Assembly: GCA_050084985.1 (NCBI GenBank)
Contig: JBITNC010000001.1
Span: 192,324,001 to 192,388,000 of the forward strand
DNA from: Nageia nagi
Lineage: Eukaryota > Plantae > Pinophyta
DNA length: 64,000 nt
Direction: 5' to 3'
Below, in pieces: positions 13,225 to 25,942 of the stretch. The notes under the pieces were generated by a model. That model ran no database searches. It was not told the DNA's origin and saw only the letters and a list, made by a program, of their open reading frames with translations. The position numbers were made by a program, and so were the translations under genes. Positions within the stretch are counted from its first letter, which is position 1. The number at the start of each line of letters is the position of its first letter.

Positions 13225-14320
13225 GGTACACAATTACTTTAAAATATTTCTTTCTTAACTAACCCCTTGAATGTTTTCATAATTTAATGCAAGACATATA
13301 GGAGATTATGCATACATGTTGGTACTACATTGATTTAAACTCTTTTTTGCATAACTAACCCTTGATTATTTTCATAGTTATGAAGTTATATTAAGTAACC
13401 CCTTGAATATTTTTCATAATGAGAGGTAATACATGAAGAAGGTGAAGAGGTAATAAATAAAGGAGAATATGCATCCATGTTGGTATTGCATTCCTTCAAA
13501 TTCTTTTTTTCTTAACTAACTCCTTGAATGTTTTCATAGTTTTGAAGTTGTATTAACTACTTCCTTGAATGTCTTCATAATCAAGGGAAGACATAATGGA
13601 GGTGAAGAGATAAGATATGAAGGAGATGATATAGGTAGAGAGGTATTGAATTACTTTAAATTAATTTTTTCTTAACTAACCCTTTGAATGTTTTCATAGT
13701 TTTGAAGTTATATTAACTAACCCCTTAAATGTTTTCATAATAGGAGGCAAAACATGAAGGAGGTAAAGTGGTAAGGTGTGAAAGAGATGATGTAGCCATA
13801 GAGGTATTGCATTATTTTAAATTCTTTTTTAATTAACTAACCCCTTCAATGTTTACATATTTTTGAAGTTTTATTAACTAGCCCCTTGAATATTTTCATA
13901 CTATAAGGAGTGACATGAAGGAGGTGAAGAGCCAAGACATGAAGGAGAAGATCTAGCTAGAGAGGTATTACATTTCTTTAAATTATTTTTTTCTTAAATA
14001 ACCCATTATATGTTTTTATAATTTTGAATTTGTGTTAACTAGCCCCTTGAATTTTTTCATAATAGGGGGGAATACATGAAGGAGGTGAAGAGGAAAGACA
14101 TAAAGGAGATGATGTATCCAAACAAGTACTAAATTGCTTTAAAATCTTTTTGTTGAAATCATTATTTGAATATTTTCATAATTTTGAAGTTGTATTAATT
14201 AACCCCTTGAATATTTTCATAATAGGAGGTAAGACATGAAAGAGTTTAAGAAGAAAAATGTGAAGGACATGATGTAGCCAAAGGGGTATTGCATTGTTTT
14301 AAATTATTTTTTTCTTAAAT
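13225..14320 (+). repeat. ~161-bp tandem array = 60-nt exon + ~101-nt intron, ~6-7 units (copy A)
   Basis: AACTAAC-like anchors at 13514, 13674, 13835 and 13996. Example exon 13744-13803 lies between TAG and GT and reads EAKHEGGKVVRCERDDVAIE. Confidence 0.88.
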
Positions 14321-14489
14321 GTTTTTGAAAAGGTCATACATGAAGCTTAATGTTGGCAACATTGGTGGGAAATAATGATCAATCCATGGGAACTATGCCT
14401 CTAAATGCTAGTTACCCTACCACCTCATTATTATACAAGTGGGCTCAACTAGTAGTTACTAGAGAAAGGGGATTGAAATGAGTTGATTT

Positions 14490-15198
14490 TGATCCATAAT
14501 AACCATATTATTATAGCATACTTGAATCATCACTTACAAATTTGAAAATGAAAATATATATACACCATATCCCCATAAAATGCATGCAAAAAATGATGAA
14601 TTAAACTTAATACTAAAATAACAATAAATATAATTCAAATTTAATCACAAATATATCAATTTTGACAAAGTGATTTACCCTAGTTTACCCAATGTGGGAT
14701 AATCCAACATGGAATGGGAGCACTTCTTATTGTTTATGAAACATTACAATATGTAAATATACAATGAAGAAACTACCATCAAAATGACATCATTACATCC
14801 TTCTATGGACCTCTACAATACTCCTACAATAAAAGAATACAATTTATAAGATATTTCCTAGTCTTCCTTACAAATCCTCTCTAACCACCTTCCTTCCAAC
14901 CCTATCACAATGAATAAGATGGCATAAAATAGGCTTAGATATGAATTATATTTGATGGTTGAACTATCCAAGATGTTTTAACTATCTAACTAACTCTGTA
15001 CCTTCAACTTAATCCAAAAAATCATCTAAATCCATGGTTTTAGTGCTTTGAAAACTCTATTAGCATGACATGGAAACTCTTCTTTCTATAGAATTAGACC
15101 TAAAATTTTTAGATTTTAGCTAACCTCCAAGCACAAAAACCTTTGGGATAGCTCCTACTCATGAAAAAATTAACATTCAATTGATCCATTTTGGATCA
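14490..15198 (-). repeat. 3' LTR of the Gypsy element
   Basis: TGATCC...GGATCA termini; aligns with 19982-20696; PPT adjacent. Confidence 0.9.
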
Positions 15199-15229
15199 TA
15201 GTCCCCCAATAGGGAAGCATTTGGTCCCA

Positions 15230-18200
15230 CAAATGATTATGGAATATAAATGAGTATACAAATCCCCCACCTTGGATTTCTCCATCCACTTGTGTTTGTT
15301 AGGCATCTGACCTTTTAGTCTAACTAATTATAACTCAGTATCACCTCTTCTTATGCATGAACCTTTTTTTACAATATGGAATACCCCTTGAGGTCATACA
15401 TAGTATGAAGGACTAGATAATCAAAATATGGTAAAATCTAATTTGTACCCACTTCATCTTCAGTTAATGTGGATGGCTCATGCAATTTCAAGTTCTCCAT
15501 ATTCACAATTGAATAGATATTCATATACATGGGTATATTCAATATAAATGCATTCTCACTTACTTTCTCCATAATTTTAAATGGTCCATACCTTATAGGA
15601 TTCAACTTCATGATTGGTTCTTGCAACCTCTCCTTACTGAGATACAACCAAAAAAGATATTCCATTTGAAACTTATGGTCAACCCTATGCTTTTCATGCC
15701 TCAACTTATACTTAGATTGAATTGCCTTGAGTTTCTCTTGGAATTTGAAATGAATTTTCCTAATTGTTTTGACAAATGCTTCAACTTACCTTTCCTCCTT
15801 CATAATAGTATCTCCTTCATCCTTTTGTTGATCAAACACACAATCAAAAGGTGAGGATGGAAAATAACAAAAACAAGTGTCAAATTGAATATTATCAATG
15901 GAATAATTAATTTACCCATTATATAAGTGTTAGATATACTCAATATTATCATCCCAAGACTTGGGATGCTTGCTACAATGACCTCTCAAGAGTTGAACTA
16001 CTATCCTATTTACCACTTCAATTTTTCCATTCATTTGAGGATGGAAGGTAGTACTTGTTTTCAACCTTGTATCCATATTATCCCATAAACTAATCCAAAA
16101 TTTACCCAAAAATATACTATCCCTATCTAAAATAATAGAAGTAGGCAATCCAAAATGAACCCAAACATGAGAAAAGATCAAATTTGCAACCTCTTGCCCT
16201 GTAATAGTCTTATTACATGGGATAAATACACACATCTTGCTAAATATATCTACCATAACAAATAAATAGTCTTTTCCTTTCTTGGAAATAGGAAAACCCC
16301 TAATGAATTCCAAGGATAATTTGGTACTGGAATTGGTAGATATAAACCCAATTTCTTGTTACTAGGCTTACTTGTGCAACATAAAGAATACTACCTAATG
16401 TATTTGACAACTTGCTCTTGCATCTTAGGCCAATACACATACCTTTGCAAATTATAAAATGTATTTTTAGACCCAAAATGTCCAACTATTTTGGATGTGT
16501 GAGATTCTATAATCAATCCAACTCTCTACCCTTCAAAAACATATAATACATTAAAATGATAGAGAAGTCTATTTCGCAAATGAAAATCATCCATACCTTC
16601 ACAATTTGGTCTAGATGAAGTTAATCTCTAATAAATCACTTTGAAATAAATATTATGCACATATGATTCTAAAAATGCCTCTAAGATAAAAAGAAGAAAC
16701 TTCATGACTATCAATGAACTCATTGTTACCTTTTTACATGGTGTAGATGCCCTAGAGACAGAGCTACATGATGTGGACACCATAATGGTTGTAGAAATAG
16801 GTGGTCTAAAAAGCATATCTATAATATTGTTATGGTTTCCCTTATTATATTTAATCACTAGATAAATTTTTTGCATTAAACTCATCCATATATAGTGTCT
16901 AGTTTGTTTAAATTGTGATTGAGTTTACAAATACTTCAATGGTTGATGATCAATGTGTATGACTATCTCCTTACCCATCAAGTAATGATTATACTTCTTT
17001 ATAACTTGAACCAATGCATACAAATCCTTATCATACTTAGGATAATTTGAAACACCCCACTAAAAGTTTTAGAATGGTAACATATTCGTTTGCATCCTTA
17101 TAAAAAAATTGCCCCCATGGCATAATCACTTGCATTAGTCTAAACTTCAAATGGATTTTGCAAATTAGGAAGGGCCAACATGGGTGCATTAACTATCTTT
17201 TATTTCAAAGTATCAAAATATGATTATTGTTTCTCTCCCCATTGAAATACTTGCCTCTTACCAATAACATAATGTAAAGGTGAAGCAATATAGGAGAAAT
17301 CAATAATATTTTTTCTCGAATATTGAATAACACCTAAAAAATACCTTACTTTAGTAACATTTTATGGATTAGGCCATTCTACTAGAGTAGCAATCTTGTT
17401 AGGATTTATTTTAAGCTATCCACAACCAATAATATGGTCTAACAACACCAAAGGCTGCTTACCAAACTCACACTTCTTCATCTTCAAAAGCAACTTCTCC
17501 TTTTACAAAGTTTGGAGCACTTGTCTAAGATGTACCAAATATTCCTCATAAGTAGAACTAAATACAAGAATATCATACAAGTAAACAACAAAAAAATAAT
17601 CAATAAATGGATGAATAACTTCATTTATTACCCTCATAAATGTGGCTGGTGCATTACACAAACCAAATGGAAAAATAATCTGCTCAATTAATAGGCTTTA
17701 TCTTGTCTTGAAGGTGGTATTCCAAATGTCCTCCTCCTTGATCCTAACTTGATGATATCCACTTCTAAGATCCAACTTAGTAAAGAAACTTGCCCCTTTC
17801 AATTGATCCAAAAGATCATCTATCTAAGGTAATGGATAACTATTCTTGATGGTGATTTTGTTAAGTGCTCTATAATCAATACACATCCTCCAAGTTTGAT
17901 TCTTCTTGGGAATCAAAACTACAAGTGACCCACATGGAGTTGTACTAGGTATAATAACACCCTGATCAACCAACTCCTGAATTTATCTTTTAATCTTCTC
18001 TTGCTCAAAAATTGATTTCCTATACAATGTTATATTGGGAAAATAAACATCAGGTAATAGTGTAATCTCATGCTATATATTCCAAATAGGAGGTAATTAT
18101 CCTTTAGGCTCTACAAATACCTCAACAAACTCCTTAACCAATATTTGCATCTCATTCTCCCTATTGCATGATGTTAGCTCTCTGTAGTTAGAATAGTATG

Positions 18201-19890
18201 ATGTGGATGTGGTGATCTTAATAGACCCAGACTCTTCAACCTTGATCATGAGTAGAACAAACTAGTTACTGGTATTTATAAATTGTTTGACTTGACTAGT
18301 AGTGACCAAGGTAGCTTCCTGCTGCTATTATGAGCATTAATACAAAAAACCTTTCCATTATTAATCAATTTATATTTATTTAATCTTATGTAATAAAGAG
18401 TATCTCTATCCCACAAATAATATTTACCAAGAATAACACCACAAATATCTAATGGAACAACATCAACCATAACTTCATCAATGAATTTTGCATAAATAGC
18501 AAATTTTAACTTACATTGCTTAGTAACTTGAATCCTAGCATCATTATGCATCCAACCCAAAGGATATAGATGAGGATGGTTGTAGGTATTCAAACCTAAA
18601 TTACTCACCATAGAATTAGAAATCATAGTTGCTTGAGAACCCAAATCAATGATGCAATCAACTCTTGTCTTATTGATTTGAATCTTGAGGTGGAATAATT
18701 GTATCCTTTATTCTTCAATGTATTTATCTTCTTTAACCTTTTGAATGGATGAATAATTAAGCTTCTCATTAACATTAAAAATTCCATCAAAATTCTCACA
18801 TCTATTGATCATAGAATTCTTCTTCTCCGTACTCTTCTTCTTATATGGACATAATTCTAAATGAAGTTTCTAACATTTCTCTTTAGCGTGATCATCCTTA
18901 TCATAATGATTGCAATACCTATTATCACCCTCTTTCTTTGAAGTATTAGTAGTCTTAGTTTCTTGCTTACCTTTTCCTTTCTCTTGATATTTCTCTTTAT
19001 CTTGTTTCCCCTTTTAATTTGAAGCCTTCTTGGAGTCTTAATATTGCCTTCTTGCCTTACCATCTTCTTCCAAATATACTACTTGACCACAAACTTGATC
19101 AAGATTGGAAGAATTTAATAACATGGTAGTATTTTGCAAATCACTATGCAACCCTCAAATGTACTTCATCAATATTTTAGGATATTTGAGTGAAACATCA
19201 AGTAAAGTAGCTTGCTTTCTAAATTTAGTGGTGTATTCTTGAATCGATTTCCCTCTTTATTATCTAAAAAATTGCCATTTAATCAATTGTTTATTATGAT
19301 GTCCCAAAGGATAGAATTGTTACTTTATCAATCTCTTTAATTCTTCCCAATAAGATACTTTTGGCTAGTTTTCATGCTTAAGATTTTCAAAATGAATCTC
19401 CCACCAAATCAATGCATGTCCACCCATGTTCAATCTTGCAAAAGAGATTTTGTTAATATTACCAATAAAACCTTGGATATGAAAGTATAACTCTAATTTA
19501 TTCATCCAATTATTGAATTTATCAACATCAACCTCTCCACCAAAAGTATGAATCTCCACCTTTTCCTTCACCTTAAATGGAATAGAATGAGATGATGAGG
19601 ATGAGGATGATCCATCAGGTCCTCTTTCTTCTCCATTATGATGCTGCCTCTAATTACTATTATTATTTAAATGAACTCCAACAAAGGGCTAAGTCAATCT
19701 TGCTAAATGATTCTCCATTGAATCAAATATCCTCTTAAAATTAACATTCAACATGGTACAAATGTTCTTATGCTGTTATTCATCAATCGGATCCATAATA
19801 GTCACTCTTCTCCATCTACTAATATCAATATCCTTGGGAAATAATTTACCTCTTCAAAATCTCCTTCCAAAAAATAACAATCAAGGCATG
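15230..19890 (-). pseudogene. Gypsy gag-pol remnants (gag, aspartic protease, RT, RNase H, integrase, chromodomain-like tail)
   Basis: ORF fragments: gag EIHTFGGEVDVDKFNNWM (19365..19571); protease DVVPLDICGVILG (18276..18644); integrase VWVHFGLPTSIILDRDSIFLGKFW...TTFHPQMNG (15930..16313); GPY/F motif RYGPFKI (15438..15704). RT lies at ~17450-18070. Confidence 0.93.
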
Positions 19891-19981
19891 GTCACTTTGT
19901 AGATAGGCTCACAAGGCATTGGTCTTTGAAATTCATAGAAAATCCCCTCAAAATTTTGATAACTTGCACTTTGATACCACA

Positions 19982-20696
19982 TGATCCATAATCACCATAT
20001 GATTATAGAATACTTAGATCCTCACTTACATATTCAAAACTAAAAATATACATTCACCATATCCTGATCAAATGCTTGTAAAAATTTATGAATTAAACTT
20101 AATACTAAAATAACAAAAAAATGTAATTCAAATTTAATCATACATAAATATCAATTTTGACACAATGATTTACCCAAGTTTACCCAATGTGGGCTAATCT
20201 AGCATGGAATGGGAGCACTTATTCTTATTAGTTATGGAATATTACAATATGTACATGTATAATGGATAAAATAAAATCAAAATGATAGCAATACATCCTC
20301 CTATATACCTCTACAAAACTCCTACAATAAGAGAATATAATTTATAAGATAACTCCTAGTCATCCTTGCAAATCCTCTCTAACCACCTTTCTTCCAACCC
20401 TACCACAATGAATAAGATAACATCAAATAGGCTCATATATGAATCACAGTCAATGGTTAAACTATCCAAGATGTTTCAACTATCTAACTAATTTTGTCCT
20501 TTAAACTTACTCTAATAACTCATATGAACCCATGACATTAGTGCTCTGAAAACTCTATCAACATGGCATGGATGCTCTTCTTCCTATAGAATCAGATCCC
20601 CAAATTTTATATTTCAACTAATGTCTAAGCATAGAAACCTCTAGCATAGCTCTTGCTCATGAAAATATTAACCTTAACTCAATCAATTTCAAATAA
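19982..20696 (-). repeat. 5' LTR of the Gypsy element
   Basis: Aligns with 14490-15198; followed on the minus strand by TGTGGTATCAAAG (PBS). Confidence 0.9.
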
Positions 20697-22214
20697 AGTT
20701 TGGAATGATAGTGGAAGGTACAATGTCTCAGGAAACTAATCTCAACATTAAAGGTAGTGTTAGCACTAGGCTACATTGCATAAAATACTATAAAATCAAA
20801 GGAACATTAAAAAGTTGAACATGAAGATCCTTGATAATAATTTTCACTTTAAGAGTTTGAGATTCAGATCAAGAAATTTTAAATATGGGTAGTTCTTCAC
20901 ATACAAAATATATTGGTTTAATGCATTTATAGTACCCAAAATTTTCATGCATAAAAGATAGTATTATGGTATTCAATAGGCTAAATGAATTTACCTCATG
21001 CATGTTTTAGGGTTCAACATATTACAATAGTTGGATTAAACCTCAAGGATCCATAAAAAAGATATAAAGGCTTGGATAATTACATGAATACCTCTCAATC
21101 TCTCTACCAGTGAATCATAATGATTCAACTATGGATCACAAAGTATCCATTTGTGTAGTTGGGACTATGGCTAGATTGCATCCTTGTAATCTACAATGGC
21201 TTTTCCATACAATGGATTTTCCATAAAAGATATGATATGTGATGCCATGGGGAACTCATTGGATGCTACCAAACTAGAAGTACAATAATAACAATGATTT
21301 AAGTAAATACAACCATATATAGAACCTTGTTCTCTATATAAAATGAAATCAATAAGAAGATACCAAGCATACATGTTGTAAGGGAGAAATCAAATGGGAT
21401 TTCTTGGAGTGCTATGGTAAATATGTTATGGGTGGTGGAGTATTGAAGAATGTAGATAGAATTAAATGGCCTTCCATACTTGTCTAAGTGAATGAATCTT
21501 GATCCAAATCTGATATGGATATTTATTGTATAGATATAGATGGGAAGAGTACATGAGACATTAAAGTATCAACTATCTATTTTAATTAATAAATTAAGTG
21601 GTACAACTTTAGATACCTATGTACATACATTGATTTTCCTCTAATTTCTTTATACATGGAAGGTGACTTGGTAGTTCTGAATTCTTCCACCAAAATAAAA
21701 CATTGCAACATTAATATTTGAAGGAAATAATTTCCTTAAAAATGTGGATTTTGGCATATTTAGCCTTGAAATTATAAAAGCATCATTTATTTCAAAGACA
21801 TAGCCACTTGTACCCCATCATATATAAACTAAATTAGTAGTTGCATATCATATTCTATAAATCCATTCAATCTATAATCATATCTACTTGGTATATGAAT
21901 TGTCTTTAAATTAACAAGCATTTGATCTTTTATTAAAAAATCTCCATCATAAGATAAAACCACAACATATGCTCCAACATTCAATTTTAAAATTTTTCAT
22001 TTCTAAAACAAATAGGAATGTAATTTTTTAATTTCTAGAGTAGATAGGCATTCCATTTATTAATGTTGAATGAAAATGTATTAACCATATTGAACAATAA
22101 TGCATCAACCATGTCAAATAAGAATGTTTTATTCGATAAGGCCTTAGGCCCTCAACCATGTCGAATAGGGACATTGCATTTGAAAAGTCATGAGCCATGT
22201 TGAATAGGGATTTC

Positions 22215-25200
22215 TATGATGAATGTGATTATACCATTTATAAGGAATTAATAGGGAACCCAAACTTTCTAATGATTTTAGTATCTGATAGGTATCCTCT
22301 TCAATGATATGTAGACTAGTATATCTAGAATAAATATTTCATAGGTATTAGGGTTTATGGTTCTTAGGTAGTACCATTTAGACTTCCAAGTTATGCTAAT
22401 GATGGGATCATATTTTTAGAATATTAAACATAATTATTGTACTTACATAAACATATTTGAAGTAAGAAAGCAACCACCATGAAGCTACTAATTAAGGTGG
22501 GGAATTATCATTACACTTAGTGGGTTGATGCTAAGAAATTAGTAGAAGAAATTAGATGTTATGACTTTTTGAAGGAGAAGGATTTTGAGAGATACAATTC
22601 AAATGGTGTGATCATTGATGTTTATAAGAATTACTTGAACAAAAAATTATGACCATAGGACTCATAAAAAAATTGAAGCATTCATATGTGGAAGGTTAAT
22701 ATATAAAATACAATCTAAAATATAATCTCATTTCTTATTTAGATAGTTAATAAAAAATTTCAAGTTCAAGGGGTTCTTCTTTTAGAGCTAGATCATCTTG
22801 CTCACCCTTGGAAAACCTAAGTTGTTCTAATTTTGGTACAACATTAAACCCACTCATTTTAGAAGAATAAGATGTTATGTTTGATGAATATCATCTAGGT
22901 AAATTAATAACTAAAGGAGGAGAAGTTGATTTGGGAAAAGGAGCTGAAAAATCTAAAAAAATTAAAATAATTATTAAAGAATATGTTGATATTATTTATG
23001 AGGATGTTGGTACTTCAAAAACCAAAAGAAAAAGGATCAAGAAGAACCTCAAGCTATTTAAATAATTAATAAAGGGATCATGGTAAGAAAAAGTGCTTCA
23101 AAAATACCACCTCAAAGAAAAAACAATAGAAATGACCATGTCTCCATCCAAAGAAACCACCTTAGATAGTACTAGGAGGAGTAAAAGGACTTGAGTATCC
23201 ATAGGAAGTTAAGAGGAGTATTATGATGATGGAGAGGGTGATCCCAATAAATATATACATAAAATGATGAACATATTAAGAAAAAAAGGTCAAAAATTGA
23301 AACAAAAATATGGTGAATCTTGTATGGAGAGTAATGGATCGAAAGAAAAAGCCCCCCATAACAATATTTGTATATGGTATCTACATCAACTACTCCCTAT
23401 GAATAAAGGCTAATTAATGAGTATATTAATCTAGACTAAATGATTAATATATAATTTTAGAGAAAATTCCATTGGTTCTCCTCCAAGACCTAAGTATTTA
23501 TATATTAGTTTCTCTTGATAAAACTATTGGGGCTATTTTAGGTACAAATAATAGGAGTAAGAGAGGAGCACCATAGTAAGTAGAATATTTCCTACTTGGT
23601 TTGTAGGTTGTTATCCCACATAATTTAAATCTCATGGGTAGTGTTACTTTAGGAAACATACTTATGAGAAAGATGGAGATAAGGGTTGTTGAATTCAAGA
23701 AAAACATAAATTCTTTAAAAAAGAAAAATATAACATTGAAGTAGGAGAATAAGGATTTAAATATTGTTGGGGTGGATTCTAAAGATATCATGCTTCAAGG
23801 TTCTCAGGATAAAGCAATTTATTAGTAGAAAAAAAAAACTATTTAAGGTATGATGTTTACATTTGAACAAGTATTTAATTTTCTTCAAAATATGTATATA
23901 TTAATAATTGCGATCAATCAAGATTTTGGGAAATGAAAAGAAATGCATGAGATCATTAATGAAAGGGAAAAAGAAATAAGAAAATTAAAAAGGAAAGCCT
24001 CAATAAAGGGTTAAAATAATGTACATAGTATAAGTGAAAAGATTTTAGGGCTTCTAAATTTGTTGTCTAATATTGATAGGAAGGTAGAGTTTGTAATCAA
24101 TACTTTTGAAAAAATTACTACCAAGATTAATTCAACATTGGATAATTTCAAGTTGAAAGTGATTGATAATGAGGAAAAATTGTTCGAACATGATGAAGTA
24201 AAGGTGTAAGTAAGCTATAGATTGAAATCTCAAATGTTGGTAACATATATTAGTATGATTAAATCCAAGATTTACTTTCAAGAAATTGTTGATATGATAG
24301 ATTACAATCAATATCTTAAAAAATATTTGATCTAGTTGGATCCAACTTATGTAGCTAAAAATAAGAAAAAGACACCATTTGATTTGTAATTAAAAAATAT
24401 AGTTATTTTGTGAAGGACATTGATAAAGGTATCAATGATATGGATGATGTGTAAGGGAAATGATGGTTGTTATGTTTGAAATTTTTGATTTATAATTAGA
24501 AATTTTAACTTTCAAAGAATCTATACTTAGAACTTTTTTGTAAGGGGGAAGCAGGGAGGTTGATAAATTTTTTTTTATTATTATTAATGTCTCCTCCTAT
24601 TTTTTAGCTATTCATGTGGAAGTTAGTTACAAGGTAGTTAAGATTTATACAAATGTAGTATTTCGATATCTCCTTTCAAAATCTATAAACACCAATTTTT
24701 AGCCTCATTTTTGTAAATTTTTTTTAAGGAGGTGAAGAAATTGATATAAAGAGATAACAAACTTCTATAGAAAATTTATTAGTCTTGAAGATGAATTTTA
24801 GATTCAAGAAAATAGAATTTGAGACTTATCTAATATGTGTTTTAATTATATCAAGCTTTTAGGTGTGATTTGAATAAATTTAAGGAGCATTATTGAATTT
24901 TATTTTCAAGACTATAGGAAACAAAATTTGATAATGTAAATCTAATATCTTTTTCAAGAGTAAGTTCAATAAATGATATTAGAATCCAAAGGATAATTCA
25001 CTTCATCTTCACAAAAGGTTGATCATGTGTATAATATTGTGGACCACCTCATCAAAAAGAAGGATTTTGAATCCATGTTCTATCCTAGTTTTTTGTGATA
25101 AGAAAAACCAATTAATAATATATTTTACAAACCAAATATAAATTATATAAGAAGATATCTCACGATATTTGATAAAATATATCATGATCAACATCCCATG

Positions 25201-25571
25201 ATACCCATTCCTATAATGTAAATCTAGTGATGTAAGTATCAAGGGTATTTACAATATACTTATCAATTACTTGTATTCAAGTATATTTAGAAATAAGGAT
25301 TTTCTTCAACTTATTATTTTTACACTTAATCAATTTTGGGAATTGATGTTTTTTTTAGAATTGTATTTGTTTCTTAATCCAAACATGGAATAAATTGAGA
25401 AATTCATACCATAAATACTCGTAACTCCTCTTAGGAATGATCAAGCTACTTGATTTGGTTTTTTCAAGATTGGTTCTTATAATAACCTAGTGGTTCTTAT
25501 AATAACCTAGTTCTTATAATTTTTTAAATTATTTTATACACCAAATTTGAATTGATTAAGTTCTTGAATCA
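22215..25571 (+). mobile_element. 3' part of an LTR retrotransposon: decayed extra ORF + PPT + LTR (copy A)
   Basis: Decayed ORF ...GIRVYGSxVVPFRLPSYANDGIIFLEY...; PPT AAGGGGGAAGCAGGGAGG at 24542-24559 followed by TGATA at 24561. The LTR right end is approximate. Confidence 0.65.
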
Positions 25572-25942
25572 AATGTAGTTCTTTTGATAATGTCTTTCAT
25601 AATAAGTTGTTGTAAAAAGTCCTAGCAATGAAATTTTTAGTTGCTATGATAATTGCCAATAATGTAGCTAAAATAGTCTATTTTACTTCCTAAAGTAATA
25701 TTGAAAGATTATCAAGAACACAAAAAATGATAATATGAATATTAGAACTATGTCAATTTACATTACTAATAAGTGTTTAAGTACATGTTAATATCCTAAT
25801 ATTATATTTAATAAGAAAATTGCTCATTTATATATTAATGTTATATCTACCTCTTCACCTTATTCTCCATTAATTTGAAAATTATAAATTTACAAAAAAT
25901 CACATATTATGAAATCTTTATTATCAATACAACTAAATTCAT

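Larger units (their letters stand above)
14490..20696 (-). mobile_element. Full-length degenerate Ty3/Gypsy LTR retrotransposon (chromovirus-like)
   Basis: Paired LTRs 14490-15198 and 19982-20696, both beginning TGATCCATAAT; tRNA-iMet PBS at 19971-19979; PPT at 15199-15217; gag-PR-RT-RH-IN order on the minus strand; imperfect TSD GATTT/AGTTT. Confidence 0.95.
12420..21575 (+). pseudogene. Decayed multi-exon gene of unknown family (copy A), interrupted by the Gypsy element
   Basis: GAG|GTAACT donor at 12464 and AG acceptor at 12542; largely open reading 12543-13225 ending ...KDEGGNVARE|GT; repeated 60-nt exons; 3' reading ...MARLHPCNLQWLFHTMDFP...WDFLECYGKYVMGGG...KWPSIL. Many stops are one transition from CAA/CAG/CGA/TGG. 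Confidence 0.55.
10355..25942 (+). repeat. Tandem segmental duplication, copy A (includes the 6.2-kb Gypsy insertion)
   Basis: Collinear with 28174-38631 from GAATTATA(T/C)ATGGAATT to CAAC(T/C)AAATTCAT; many differences are transitions. Confidence 0.92.
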
